A stretch of DNA of 41,869 nt from Candidatus Woesearchaeota archaeon (GTDB lineage: Archaea > Nanobdellota > Nanobdellia > Woesearchaeales > UBA10216), in assembly GCA_016188145.1 (NCBI GenBank), contig JACPIJ010000042.1, positions 1 to 41,869 of the forward strand, in the 5' to 3' direction. Under the pieces are notes generated by a model, which saw only the letters and a program-made list of their open reading frames with translations, was not told the DNA's origin and made no database searches. Within the stretch, counting starts at the first letter, position 1, and every line of letters begins with the position of its first letter. The translations under genes and the position numbers were made by a program. Positions 33,930 to 41,869 of the stretch are shown one piece after another.

Positions 33930-34661
33930 TCATCTGCCGAATCGTCTGTGCCTTTGCTTGTATTCATCAATAACCTGAATGAGGTCTTCCTTCTCGAACT
34001 CCGGCCACATCTTCTCAAGAAAGAACAGCTCTGAATAGGACGACTGGTAAAGCAGAAAGCCGCTCAACCGCTTTTCCCCCCCTGTCCTTATTATCAGGTC
34101 GGGGTCATCGGGCATGTAAAGGTATTTTTTGAGCGTATCGTCATTAACAGCAGCAGTGGATAGTTTGCCTTTCTGCACATCCGTAGCCATCCTTTTCGCT
34201 GCATCGGCTATCTCCTGCCTGCCGCCGTAAGCCATGCAGAAATTGACAATAAGGCCGCTGTTCTTTGCAGTTTTTTCCATTAGCTCGCGCATCAGCTTCA
34301 TTATGTCTCTAGGGAACATCACAAGCCTGCCGAGGAACTTTATCCGTATTCCTAATTTATTGCCTTTTTCCTGCAGCCGCTTGTCTGTTCTGAGCTGCTC
34401 GCAGGCCTCCCTGAAGAGCTTCATGATGTAGTCAAACTCCTCCTTAGGCCTGTTGAAGTTGTCAACAGAAAAGGCGTACAGCGTGAGTTCCTTTATCCCA
34501 AGCTCGCTGCACCAGTCCAGCAGCTTCTCTACCTTCTTCTTGCCCCACTCGTGCCCCCTCCAGGGCTTCAGCATCAGCCTTTTGGCAAACCTTCGGTTGC
34601 CGTCAAGGATTATTGCAACATGTCCAGGGCCCTCGTTTACTGAAGCATTTTGTCCCGCCAT
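33930..34661 (-). CDS. uppS: cis-Prenyltransferase (undecaprenyl/polyprenyl diphosphate synthase)
   Basis: HVAIILDGNRR, YAFSVDNFNRP, YGGRQEI, DLIIRTGGEKRLSGFLLYQ, RRFGR. Confidence 0.95.
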   Translation of the reverse strand: MAGQNASVNEGPGHVAIILDGNRRFAKRLMLKPWRGHEWGKKKVEKLLDWCSELGIKELTLYAFSVDNFNRPKEEFDYIMKLFREACEQLRTDKRLQEKGNKLGIRIKFLGRLVMFPRDIMKLMRELMEKTAKNSGLIVNFCMAYGGRQEIADAAKRMATDVQKGKLSTAAVNDDTLKKYLYMPDDPDLIIRTGGEKRLSGFLLYQSSYSELFFLEKMWPEFEKEDLIQVIDEYKQRHRRFGR

Positions 34662-34834
34662 TTCGCTTTTGTTGTAGTTTCCACAGGGGATTTATAAATA
34701 TTTTTGTCTACAGGCAGTACAAACCGGTTCGTGTTCCGAAACTCCACAGCAGCAGCTGCGGCAATAAGATTTAAATAATACTGCTGGTGCTGTATTTCCA
34801 ATAAGCTCATGGTGAAAAAGATGGTGAAGATTAC

Positions 34835-35503
34835 ATGGTGAAGATTGCCCCTTCAATACTTTCTGCGGACTTCGGCAAGCTGGCTGACGAGATAAGGCGG
34901 GTTGAGAAATACGTTGACATGCTTCACATTGACGTCATGGACGGGCATTTCGTGCCAAACATAACATTTGGGCCTCCTGTTGTGAGGAGCATTAGAGTTG
35001 TTACGAAGCTGCCTTTTGACGTGCATCTCATGGTGGAAAACCCGGACAACTACGTTGAGCAATTCATTGACGCAGGCGCAAACCTCATTACTGTGCATGC
35101 AGAGACTGCAGTGCACCTCAACAGGACAATAAGCAACATCAGGAAAAAAGGCGCAAAAGTCGGAGTTGCATTGAACCCTTCCACGCCCCTCACCGCGCTT
35201 GACCACGTATTGCCCGACATTGACATGGTTCTCATCATGACCGTAAACCCCGGCTTCGGGGGCCAGTCCTTCATAAAAAGCATGCTGCCGAAGATTAAGG
35301 CGCTAAGGCAGATGATTGACAGGGCAAAGCTTGACGTCGAGATAGAGGTTGATGGCGGGATAAACGGCGACACCGCAAGGCAGGTCGTAGCTGCCGGCGC
35401 TGACATACTCGTGGCAGGCTCATACATCTACGAAAGCACAGACCCTCTTACGGCAATTAACAGCCTTAGAGGAACAACCTCATCGGCAACAAAGAAAAGA
35501 TAG
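34835..35503 (+). CDS. rpe: Ribulose-phosphate 3-epimerase
   Basis: IAPSILSADF, HIDVMDGHFVPN, DVHLM, MTVNPGFGGQ, EVDGGIN. Confidence 0.97.
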   Translation: MVKIAPSILSADFGKLADEIRRVEKYVDMLHIDVMDGHFVPNITFGPPVVRSIRVVTKLPFDVHLMVENPDNYVEQFIDAGANLITVHAETAVHLNRTISNIRKKGAKVGVALNPSTPLTALDHVLPDIDMVLIMTVNPGFGGQSFIKSMLPKIKALRQMIDRAKLDVEIEVDGGINGDTARQVVAAGADILVAGSYIYESTDPLTAINSLRGTTSSATKKR

Positions 35504-35671
35504 AAGAGCTTATTCTGCTTTTCTTGCAATCTGCACATTTATAACAGCAGCTCATTATAGCTGCAGCAACGAGAGGAGAATGTTATTTACGGAAATCTAG
35601 CTCCTCTCCTATAAATAATAAAAATAAAATAAATATAAAAGAAAAAGTTTGAAGTTTTCCTATTTTTCTTT

Positions 35672-35902
35672 TTACCTTCCCCGTGCCATCTTGGCCCTGG
35701 AGATGTCGCCCTGCTTGTCGATGAAGTACAGGTATCCCTTTTCCTTCCTGACTCCGACCTTGGCAACTACTTCCTGCTTCTGGGCTCCTTTCTTCTTTCC
35801 GCCCCTGACCATCTTGGCCCTGGCAACATTCCCTCTCTTGTCCACAAAATAGAGGTAGCCGTTCTGCTTCCTAACGCCTGCTTTAGCAACTTTCTGCGCC
35901 AT
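35672..35902 (-). CDS. Small basic protein made of two ~32-aa repeats
   Basis: VAK.GVRK..GYLYF.DK.G...RAKM twice; GGGGGTG Shine-Dalgarno 6 nt before ATG. Confidence 0.85.
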   Translation of the reverse strand: MAQKVAKAGVRKQNGYLYFVDKRGNVARAKMVRGGKKKGAQKQEVVAKVGVRKEKGYLYFIDKQGDISRAKMARGR

Positions 35903-35935
35903 CCCTTACACCCCCGATTTTTTATTTTATTGTTG

Positions 35936-35989
35936 CCCAAGTCGCCGCTGCGACTGAGGCCCAATCGGCACTACCGATTTGGGTTTCGC
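35936..35989. repeat. Double-hairpin element copy 5, in the 5' UTR of the small basic protein gene
   Basis: CCCAAGTCGC-cgct-GCGACTGAGG-CCCAATCGG-cacta-CCGATTTGGG-TTTCGC. Confidence 0.88.
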
Positions 35990-36102
35990 GTTTAGCGCGA
36001 CATTTTTCTCCTCGCTGAAACCCTTTTCTTCCAGATTTTCTCGAGGAGAGAATTTTCTTTTGCACATACTTCTATTTAAATCTTGCTATTTTACGACGGA
36101 AT

Positions 36103-36582
36103 TCACCTTTTGGCAAAAAGCTCATCAACTGATGCAAGGTATTCCTTTACCCGCTGCATAATCCCCTGAAGAAGGAACTTTTCGATTTTTTCGCTGAAAA
36201 TATCCGAAAGCCCGAGAAATTCCGTGATTCTGTACCTGCTTTTTAGCTTCTCAACAAGCATAAGGTTTCTGAGCCGCTTCAGCTGGCGCCTTATGTTTGA
36301 AGGCGCAATGCCCTGAAGCTGGAGCTTGTGGAGCTTCCTGTTGATTATAACCTTCTTTTCCAGCTCTTCGACGCTGAGAAGCTGCTTCTTCCTCCTGCTT
36401 TTGAACAGAACGTGGAGAATATCAACAATAACATCCCTGGAATCGCCAGGCTGCAGCAAACCAAGACTGAGGCAAAGCCTCTTTATGAGCTCGCGCTCCT
36501 TCCTCGACTGTGGCTTTTCATACTTCCTCAGAGTCAGCTCAAAAAGAGGCGTATCACTCAAAACCTTCCTGGCGCTTTTCAT
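36103..36582 (-). CDS. Conserved hypothetical protein, probable wHTH
   Basis: ELTLRKYEKP, SLGLLQPGDSRD, SNIRRQLKRLRNLMLVEK..YRI. Confidence 0.8.
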   Translation of the reverse strand: MKSARKVLSDTPLFELTLRKYEKPQSRKERELIKRLCLSLGLLQPGDSRDVIVDILHVLFKSRRKKQLLSVEELEKKVIINRKLHKLQLQGIAPSNIRRQLKRLRNLMLVEKLKSRYRITEFLGLSDIFSEKIEKFLLQGIMQRVKEYLASVDELFAKR

Positions 36583-36743
36583 TTACAAATCAACCCATGC
36601 ACACCCAAAACAATAGCCAACTAATTAAAACTTTTAAGAATTAAGTATAAATAGTTTTCTATCTGCTTCCGTCTTCCAGTATCGGCTTGCGCTGATGGTT
36701 TTTGGTAAATTTTATATAACATTGGGCTTTACAGATTGATAAG

Positions 36744-37724
36744 ATGGAAAATAATGACGACAAAGGCGCTGATAAAAATAACCTTGACGCTTCGCCAATT
36801 TCTGACATACACATCAGAAAAAACATGACAGTTGCTGAAATGGTGGGGCAGTTCAAGAACTCGGCGTTCCAGACTCACAACATAGCAATTGCTGCTGAGA
36901 TTCTTGCAGAGATGGTCAGGGAAAAAGCCACGATATTCCTGAGCTTTACTTCCAACATAGCTGCTTCCGGAATCAGGGGAATAATCATTGACCTCGTCAG
37001 GAACAGGAAAGTCCACGCGCTTGTGGTAAGCAGCGGCGCCCTGGACGAAGACGTTGCGCGTGCAAAAATGCCTTATTTTCAGGGCACGTTTGAGGCAGAT
37101 GATGCTGAGCTTGGCAGAAAAGGCATCAACAGGATGGGGAATATTTTAGTCCCAAATGAATGCTATGGCTACCTTGAGGAAAAAATTTCCCAGCTGTTAA
37201 GAAGAATTTATTCCACCAGCAGCAAGGAGTTTACGGCAACTGAGCTTATAAGGCAGATTGGATTAAATCTTGATACCGAAAATTCGTTTGTTTACCATGC
37301 CGCGCGCAACAATGTTCCAATATTCTGTCCAGGCGTAAGCGATGGCGCGGTTGGCCTGCAGCTTGCATTCTTCCAGCAGGCGCATGCAGATTTTAAGGTT
37401 AACGAGCTCAAAAGCGCAATTGAGGCGATAGACTTTGCAATGAGTGCAAAGAAAAAAGGGAAGGTTGGTGCAATAATCCTTGGCGGCGGAATAGCGAAGC
37501 ATCACACGATAATCTCAAACATCCTTGGAGGCGGCCTTGATTACGCAATTTACGTCAACAGCAGCTCGCCATACCACGGCTCATTGTCAGGAGCTACGAC
37601 AAGCGAGGCAAAATCCTGGGGAAAAATCAGCGAAAATGCGAGAGACATCACGGTTTACGGAGATGCCGCCGTGATTTTCCCGCTCCTGATAGCATCAAAC
37701 AATTATTTTTTCGAACAAAAGTGA
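36744..37724 (+). CDS. dys: Deoxyhypusine synthase or DHS-like homospermidine synthase
   Basis: FTSNIAASG, GINRMGNI, DGAVG, LGGGIAKH, GSLSGA..EAKSWGK with the catalytic Lys present. Confidence 0.9.
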   Translation: MENNDDKGADKNNLDASPISDIHIRKNMTVAEMVGQFKNSAFQTHNIAIAAEILAEMVREKATIFLSFTSNIAASGIRGIIIDLVRNRKVHALVVSSGALDEDVARAKMPYFQGTFEADDAELGRKGINRMGNILVPNECYGYLEEKISQLLRRIYSTSSKEFTATELIRQIGLNLDTENSFVYHAARNNVPIFCPGVSDGAVGLQLAFFQQAHADFKVNELKSAIEAIDFAMSAKKKGKVGAIILGGGIAKHHTIISNILGGGLDYAIYVNSSSPYHGSLSGATTSEAKSWGKISENARDITVYGDAAVIFPLLIASNNYFFEQK

Positions 37725-37960
37725 TTTCTTGCAAAAATTTATCAAAACTTTTTAACAAAATCTTTTCAGGAAAAACGAAAAACAGTTAAGTTTAAATATA
37801 AGCGTTTCCATAACTGGTTCACATAAAAAATTGGTGCAGATGAACTCATATATCAAGCCAGTAAGCAATATGCATTTATGTGGCAATTGCGGTATTCTTG
37901 ACCCAAAGAATAGCTTAAGCTTTCCCCTGATTGAAAAAAACGAGGTGAGCATTTAGCAAA

Positions 37961-38395
37961 ATGTTCGGACCACACCTGACGCTTGACTTGTACGGATGCG
38001 ATAAAAGGAAGCTGGATGATTACGATTTCATTTATGGCGTTCTGGATGAGATGCCTGAGATGCTTGGCATGCACAAGTTCTCAACGCCACAGCTTACAAA
38101 AATCCCAATACAGCCGAACTCCTTTGACAAAGGCGGTTTGACGGGCTTCGTAATACTGATAGAGAGCCACATCGCAATACACACCTTCCCAAGTGATGGA
38201 TTTGCATCCTTTGACATATTCTCCTGCAAGTACTTCAGCGAGGAAGCCGCCACAAAGTATCTCATGGAGAAACTCGAAGCCAAGCGGGTAGAGAAAAACA
38301 TGATTGAGCGCGGCAGGGACTTTGTCAAGCACTACCCGAGGAATGTCCAGAAGGCAGCAACTATAGTGCGAAAGGAAAGGGAGCTTGTCCAGTAG
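37961..38395 (+). CDS. speD: Pyruvoyl-dependent AdoMetDC-family decarboxylase (AdoMet or arginine substrate)
   Basis: GPHL..DLYGC, cleavage motif IESHIAIHTFP, DIFSC; GAGGTGA upstream. Confidence 0.88.
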   Translation: MFGPHLTLDLYGCDKRKLDDYDFIYGVLDEMPEMLGMHKFSTPQLTKIPIQPNSFDKGGLTGFVILIESHIAIHTFPSDGFASFDIFSCKYFSEEAATKYLMEKLEAKRVEKNMIERGRDFVKHYPRNVQKAATIVRKERELVQ

Positions 38396-38492
38396 TGCGG
38401 CAGCCTTGCATGGCAATATTGTAGAGGCTTATTGCAGCAACAGATTTCTTGGAAAAATTTTTAATGTAGCCCCATGTAGCGATTAACTTAAG

Positions 38493-39428
38493 ATGGCAAC
38501 CAAAAACCCGCACTTTTACATCCCGTTCAATTTTGGGGCAATACCGCACGAGCTCGCAGACTACGACAAGGCAAAAGTGGCAATACTGCCTGTGCCGTAC
38601 GACGCAACCACCACTTACCAGCCTGGCACCAGGAACGGCCCAAGGGCCCTGATTGAGGCCTCACGGTGCCTTGAATTCTACGATGAGGAGACTGAAAGGA
38701 GCTTTACCTGGATTGGTGTGTGCACTTTGGATGAGGTGGAAGCGGTTGACGATGCAGAAAGAATGGCCGGCAGGGTTTACGAGGCAGTCAAGGTTCTGCT
38801 GGATGGCAATAAAAAAGTCGTGGTTATCGGCGGCGAGCACTCCATCAGCAGCGGCTCTGTAAAGGCTCACAAGGAGAAATACCCCGACATGGCAGTGCTT
38901 CACATAGACGCGCACGCTGACATGAGGCATGAACTCGCAGGGAACCGCTTCAACCACGGCTGCGTTGCTAGGCGCATTTCAGAAATGTGCCCTCTTGTAT
39001 CTGTTGGAGTGAGGAGCATTGCTGAAGAGGAGATGGAGCACATTCGCAGCAGCAACGGCAAAATCAGGATTTTCTTCGCAAAGGACATGCACGACAGCAA
39101 CAGCTGGATGGATGCAGTTGTCAAATCGCTTGGGGAAAATGTTTACATTACAATTGATCTTGACGCTTTTGACATTTCCATCATGCCATCCGTCGGCACT
39201 CCTCAGCCGGGAGGGCTGCTCTGGTACCAGATGCTGGAGTTCATGAAAAAAATTGCCACAGCGAAAAACGTGGTGGGATTTGACGTTACCGAACTTATGC
39301 CGATTCCAGGCAACAATGCTCCGAATGTTCTCGCAGCAAAGCTCGTTTACAAGCTCATCGGCTACTTCTTTACCTCTTTTCCAGGCAGTAGCTCTTCAGC
39401 AGCCGCGCAGGGTGGTAAGAAAGCTTAA
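38493..39428 (+). CDS. speB: Agmatinase (ureohydrolase)
   Basis: GGEHS, DAHAD, TIDLDAFD, GTPQPGG, DVTEL. Confidence 0.93.
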   Translation: MATKNPHFYIPFNFGAIPHELADYDKAKVAILPVPYDATTTYQPGTRNGPRALIEASRCLEFYDEETERSFTWIGVCTLDEVEAVDDAERMAGRVYEAVKVLLDGNKKVVVIGGEHSISSGSVKAHKEKYPDMAVLHIDAHADMRHELAGNRFNHGCVARRISEMCPLVSVGVRSIAEEEMEHIRSSNGKIRIFFAKDMHDSNSWMDAVVKSLGENVYITIDLDAFDISIMPSVGTPQPGGLLWYQMLEFMKKIATAKNVVGFDVTELMPIPGNNAPNVLAAKLVYKLIGYFFTSFPGSSSSAAAQGGKKA

Positions 39429-40317
39429 CCCTCTTTAGGTAGTCCACTCCAAAATCGTCCTGGGCGTTGAGAAGCTCATAAGAGGACCAGTATCTCGCGA
39501 ATTCCCTGAAAATGAATTCGGAAGCGCCATTCAGCGCAGGCTTTGTTTTTTCTATGATGTTGCTGCACATATTTGGTGCTAATTGCTCACCCAGGCTTAT
39601 TCCGGCAACCGTTCCTTCAACTTTCAAAACAATCCCTTTAACATCAAGTTCCCCTGAAAATTCAACAACAGTTCTTGCAACCTCAGTTTCAGCTTCCAGC
39701 TCGTACCTCCACGAATCCGAAATAACATCATCCTTCTGCTCTCTCCACAGGCCTATCAGCTTCAAACAGTCATTTGCGTGGCTGTCAAAACTGAATTCTT
39801 CAATTTTGTAATCGTAATTCTTCGCAAAGAAGTTTGCCTTGTTCCTTTTTGAGTCAAAATTCTTGCCCTTAAGCTCTATCAGCTCTTTTGTGGCGTAGAC
39901 GTAGTCCTGAGTCCAATAATCGAATGCCCAGCCTTTCTCAGTTGCAATTGCCTCGTAATTGCCTTTCAAACACTCAGGAATGTAAATTGCAACAGGATTT
40001 GCGTTAATGCCCTTATCGCCGTTGAGCTTCTCAACAACGTCAAAGCAGCTGCCAAGTGTTTCACCCTGCTTTGTGCCGCCGACAGGAGGTCCCCAGACAA
40101 CGTATTTATCTTTCAGAAAACCGAAAACGCAGAGATTGCCGTTGATGATTGCCCATGTATGCTTCAAGGGCTCTGCCCAAATAAAGCGCATAGTAAAAGT
40201 GGTATCGGCAAGCGGCTCCTTCACGGCAGCAAAGAATTTATGAAACGTTTCCCTGTCACTCAGAGTTACTTTTCTTAGTTCTGATAAAGGCATTGTCACG
40301 GTATTAACAGCTGCCAC
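39370..40317 (-). CDS. DUF2156 / aminoacyl-phosphatidylglycerol-synthase C-terminal-like GNAT protein
   Basis: DYVY....L..LKGKNFDSKRNKANFF, IEK, NAQDDFGVDYLKRVKLSYHP. Confidence 0.85.
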   Translation of the reverse strand: MAAVNTVTMPLSELRKVTLSDRETFHKFFAAVKEPLADTTFTMRFIWAEPLKHTWAIINGNLCVFGFLKDKYVVWGPPVGGTKQGETLGSCFDVVEKLNGDKGINANPVAIYIPECLKGNYEAIATEKGWAFDYWTQDYVYATKELIELKGKNFDSKRNKANFFAKNYDYKIEEFSFDSHANDCLKLIGLWREQKDDVISDSWRYELEAETEVARTVVEFSGELDVKGIVLKVEGTVAGISLGEQLAPNMCSNIIEKTKPALNGASEFIFREFARYWSSYELLNAQDDFGVDYLKRVKLSYHPARLLKSYCLEKR

Positions 40318-40379
40318 GGCTGTTTATATTTTTTTGCAAACGAGATGGAAATGAAAAAATGAAAAAAATTAAATAGGTA

Positions 40380-41339
40380 ATGCGACATACGGCTTTTGTA
40401 ATGGAATTGGTAGAAACGCCGGAGAAATCAGGCGGTGAAATAAAGAGGTGCATAGAGAAATTCGGCTGCACACCAGAGCACAACTACGCATATTTCCTGA
40501 CTGCAGCCGATAATGGAGCGAGAAATATTTTCCTGAAGTCGGATGATGGCTTTGGCATTTTTGCGAACTACAGGGAAAGTGCAAGAGAGGTTGTAATGAT
40601 CTCAGAGGTCATTGCCCCAAGAGAAAAGCAGGTTGGTGTCCTGAAAGAGGCTCTTGACATGTGCTTCAGCCAGCTTAAAATCCGGAAATTTGTTGTTGAG
40701 CAGGACGATGCCCTGCGGGCAAAAACGCTTATGTCGTTTAAAGGCAACGGCTACGCTGCATTGCAGCCAAGGTTCTCGCTTTACTGGCCGGTTTTTAACA
40801 TGGAAAAGTGGGCTGGAGATGAAATGCCTGGCGACGACTGGAAAAAGCTCAGGAACATCAAAAACAGGTTCTACAATGAGCACTCTGTTGAGGTTGTTGA
40901 CAGCAGCACTGTTGGCAGCGAGAAGCTAAAAAAAATTGTTGCTGACTGGGTGGAGCGCAGGAAGCTGATGGGGCTTGGCACAAACCGCAAAGATTCCAAC
41001 CTTGCTTACCATGAAAGATATCTCAAGATGATTGAGCTTGGCTTTGAAGGCACAAAATTCGCCACAACAATGGTCGTTGACGGAGAGCCATGCAGCATAA
41101 CTTGCGGCTGGGAGATACCAAACTCGGATGGCTCATACTATTCCGCAATCGGAATATCCAACTACAGCTGTGAAGGGCTGGGTGAAGTGGCAAATCTTGA
41201 CGACCTTCACAGGCTTAAGGAAAGCGGCTACAGCACAGTCGACTTCGGAGGCAGCCCCATGCCGCTTTTGAAGTTCAAGCTCAAGTTCAGGCCGCACTTC
41301 GTCTATGTGACGCACACGTACGCGATTGTGAAGAAGTAA
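40380..41339 (+). CDS. Divergent DUF2156/FemABX-like GNAT protein
   Basis: MPGDDWKKLRNIKNRF and VDFGGS...LLKFKLKFRP align by eye with the divergent neighbour; alternative ATG 40401. Confidence 0.65.
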   Translation: MRHTAFVMELVETPEKSGGEIKRCIEKFGCTPEHNYAYFLTAADNGARNIFLKSDDGFGIFANYRESAREVVMISEVIAPREKQVGVLKEALDMCFSQLKIRKFVVEQDDALRAKTLMSFKGNGYAALQPRFSLYWPVFNMEKWAGDEMPGDDWKKLRNIKNRFYNEHSVEVVDSSTVGSEKLKKIVADWVERRKLMGLGTNRKDSNLAYHERYLKMIELGFEGTKFATTMVVDGEPCSITCGWEIPNSDGSYYSAIGISNYSCEGLGEVANLDDLHRLKESGYSTVDFGGSPMPLLKFKLKFRPHFVYVTHTYAIVKK

Positions 41340-41350
41340 AGATAGAATCC

Positions 41351-41752
41351 TTAGTACGGTGCCTTTACCTTCAGGTTTTGTATCCTTGCATAATCAGAAA
41401 TGTTCCTTGTACAAAGCACAGCATTTACCTGTAATGCGGTTGCGGCTATTATGGCATCTACAATCGACAAGCCATACACTCTTCTCAGCGCACCGCCTCT
41501 CCTTGCTAATTCGTTGGTTACCAATACTTTTTTGCCAATCGATAAAAAGGCAATAGCCTTATCCTCGTTTTCCTTGTCCTCACATGCTTTTCCGGCTAAA
41601 ATTTCAGCCTCTGTAAGTGCGGAGTAATAAAGCTCAAACTTGTCGCTTTTCACAACGGCATCGAACCATTCTGTTGATTTTTTAAAATCTCGGAGGTTGT
41701 CGATAAACAGGTCTGTGTCTATTACAAGTGAGATTGGTTCCTCCTGTTTCAT
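41351..41752 (-). CDS. vapC: PIN-domain toxin (VapC)
   Basis: VIDTDLFID, TEAE, DAIIAATA, TRNISDY. Confidence 0.9.
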   Translation of the reverse strand: MKQEEPISLVIDTDLFIDNLRDFKKSTEWFDAVVKSDKFELYYSALTEAEILAGKACEDKENEDKAIAFLSIGKKVLVTNELARRGGALRRVYGLSIVDAIIAATALQVNAVLCTRNISDYARIQNLKVKAPY

Positions 41753-41869
41753 ATGCCAAGCCTCTTCGCCCTTTTCGCATACTCGGCCCTCATTTCCCTC
41801 ACGTACTTAACCGAGTCCTCAACACTTTTCCAAGTGCCGGCTGCAGCTTTAACGACGTCTTCTTCAAAC
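41749..41869 (-). CDS. Antitoxin, partial (3' end)
   Basis: FEEDVVKAAAGTWKSVEDSVKYVREMRAEY..LGI*, with ATGA overlap to vapC. Confidence 0.75.
   Translation of the reverse strand, partial: FEEDVVKAAAGTWKSVEDSVKYVREMRAEYAKRAKRLGI

Noticed and set aside
36105-36129. CCTTTT-GGC-AAAAAGCTCATCAA resembling the tRNA-intron motif
   Set aside because: Lies within the last codons of a CDS and lacks the CAAAAA tail; could be coincidence.

Overview
Archaeal chromosomal segment, most consistent with a DPANN lineage such as Woesearchaeota. This is inferred from TATA/BRE promoters, bulge-helix-bulge (BHB) tRNA introns, an S-layer-like gene and DPANN-type hypothetical proteins; no marker-gene search was run. 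It holds about 45 CDSs and four intron-containing tRNA genes: Leu-TAA, Thr-GGT, Val-GAC, and Ser-TGA with two introns. Recognisable functions include three toxin-antitoxin modules, a bacterial-type thrS, an idi/prenyltransferase/uppS cluster, rpe and a dys-speD-speB polyamine cluster. Two things stand out. (1) A ~10 kb co-oriented seven-gene locus (7146-17429) joins a ChlI/MoxR-like AAA+ ATPase and vWA partner to two coiled-coil proteins, a second atypical AAA+ ATPase and two uncharacterised proteins. It is a candidate undescribed multi-component protein-remodelling, stress or defence system. (2) A dispersed family of pseudo-symmetric double-hairpin elements with conserved bulges and covarying stems occurs five times, each in a predicted 5' leader (three tRNAs, two mRNAs). 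A second 'hairpin + TCAATCAAAAA' motif is shared by three tRNA introns and two tRNA flanks. Family assignments come from motif recognition and recall, not database searches.
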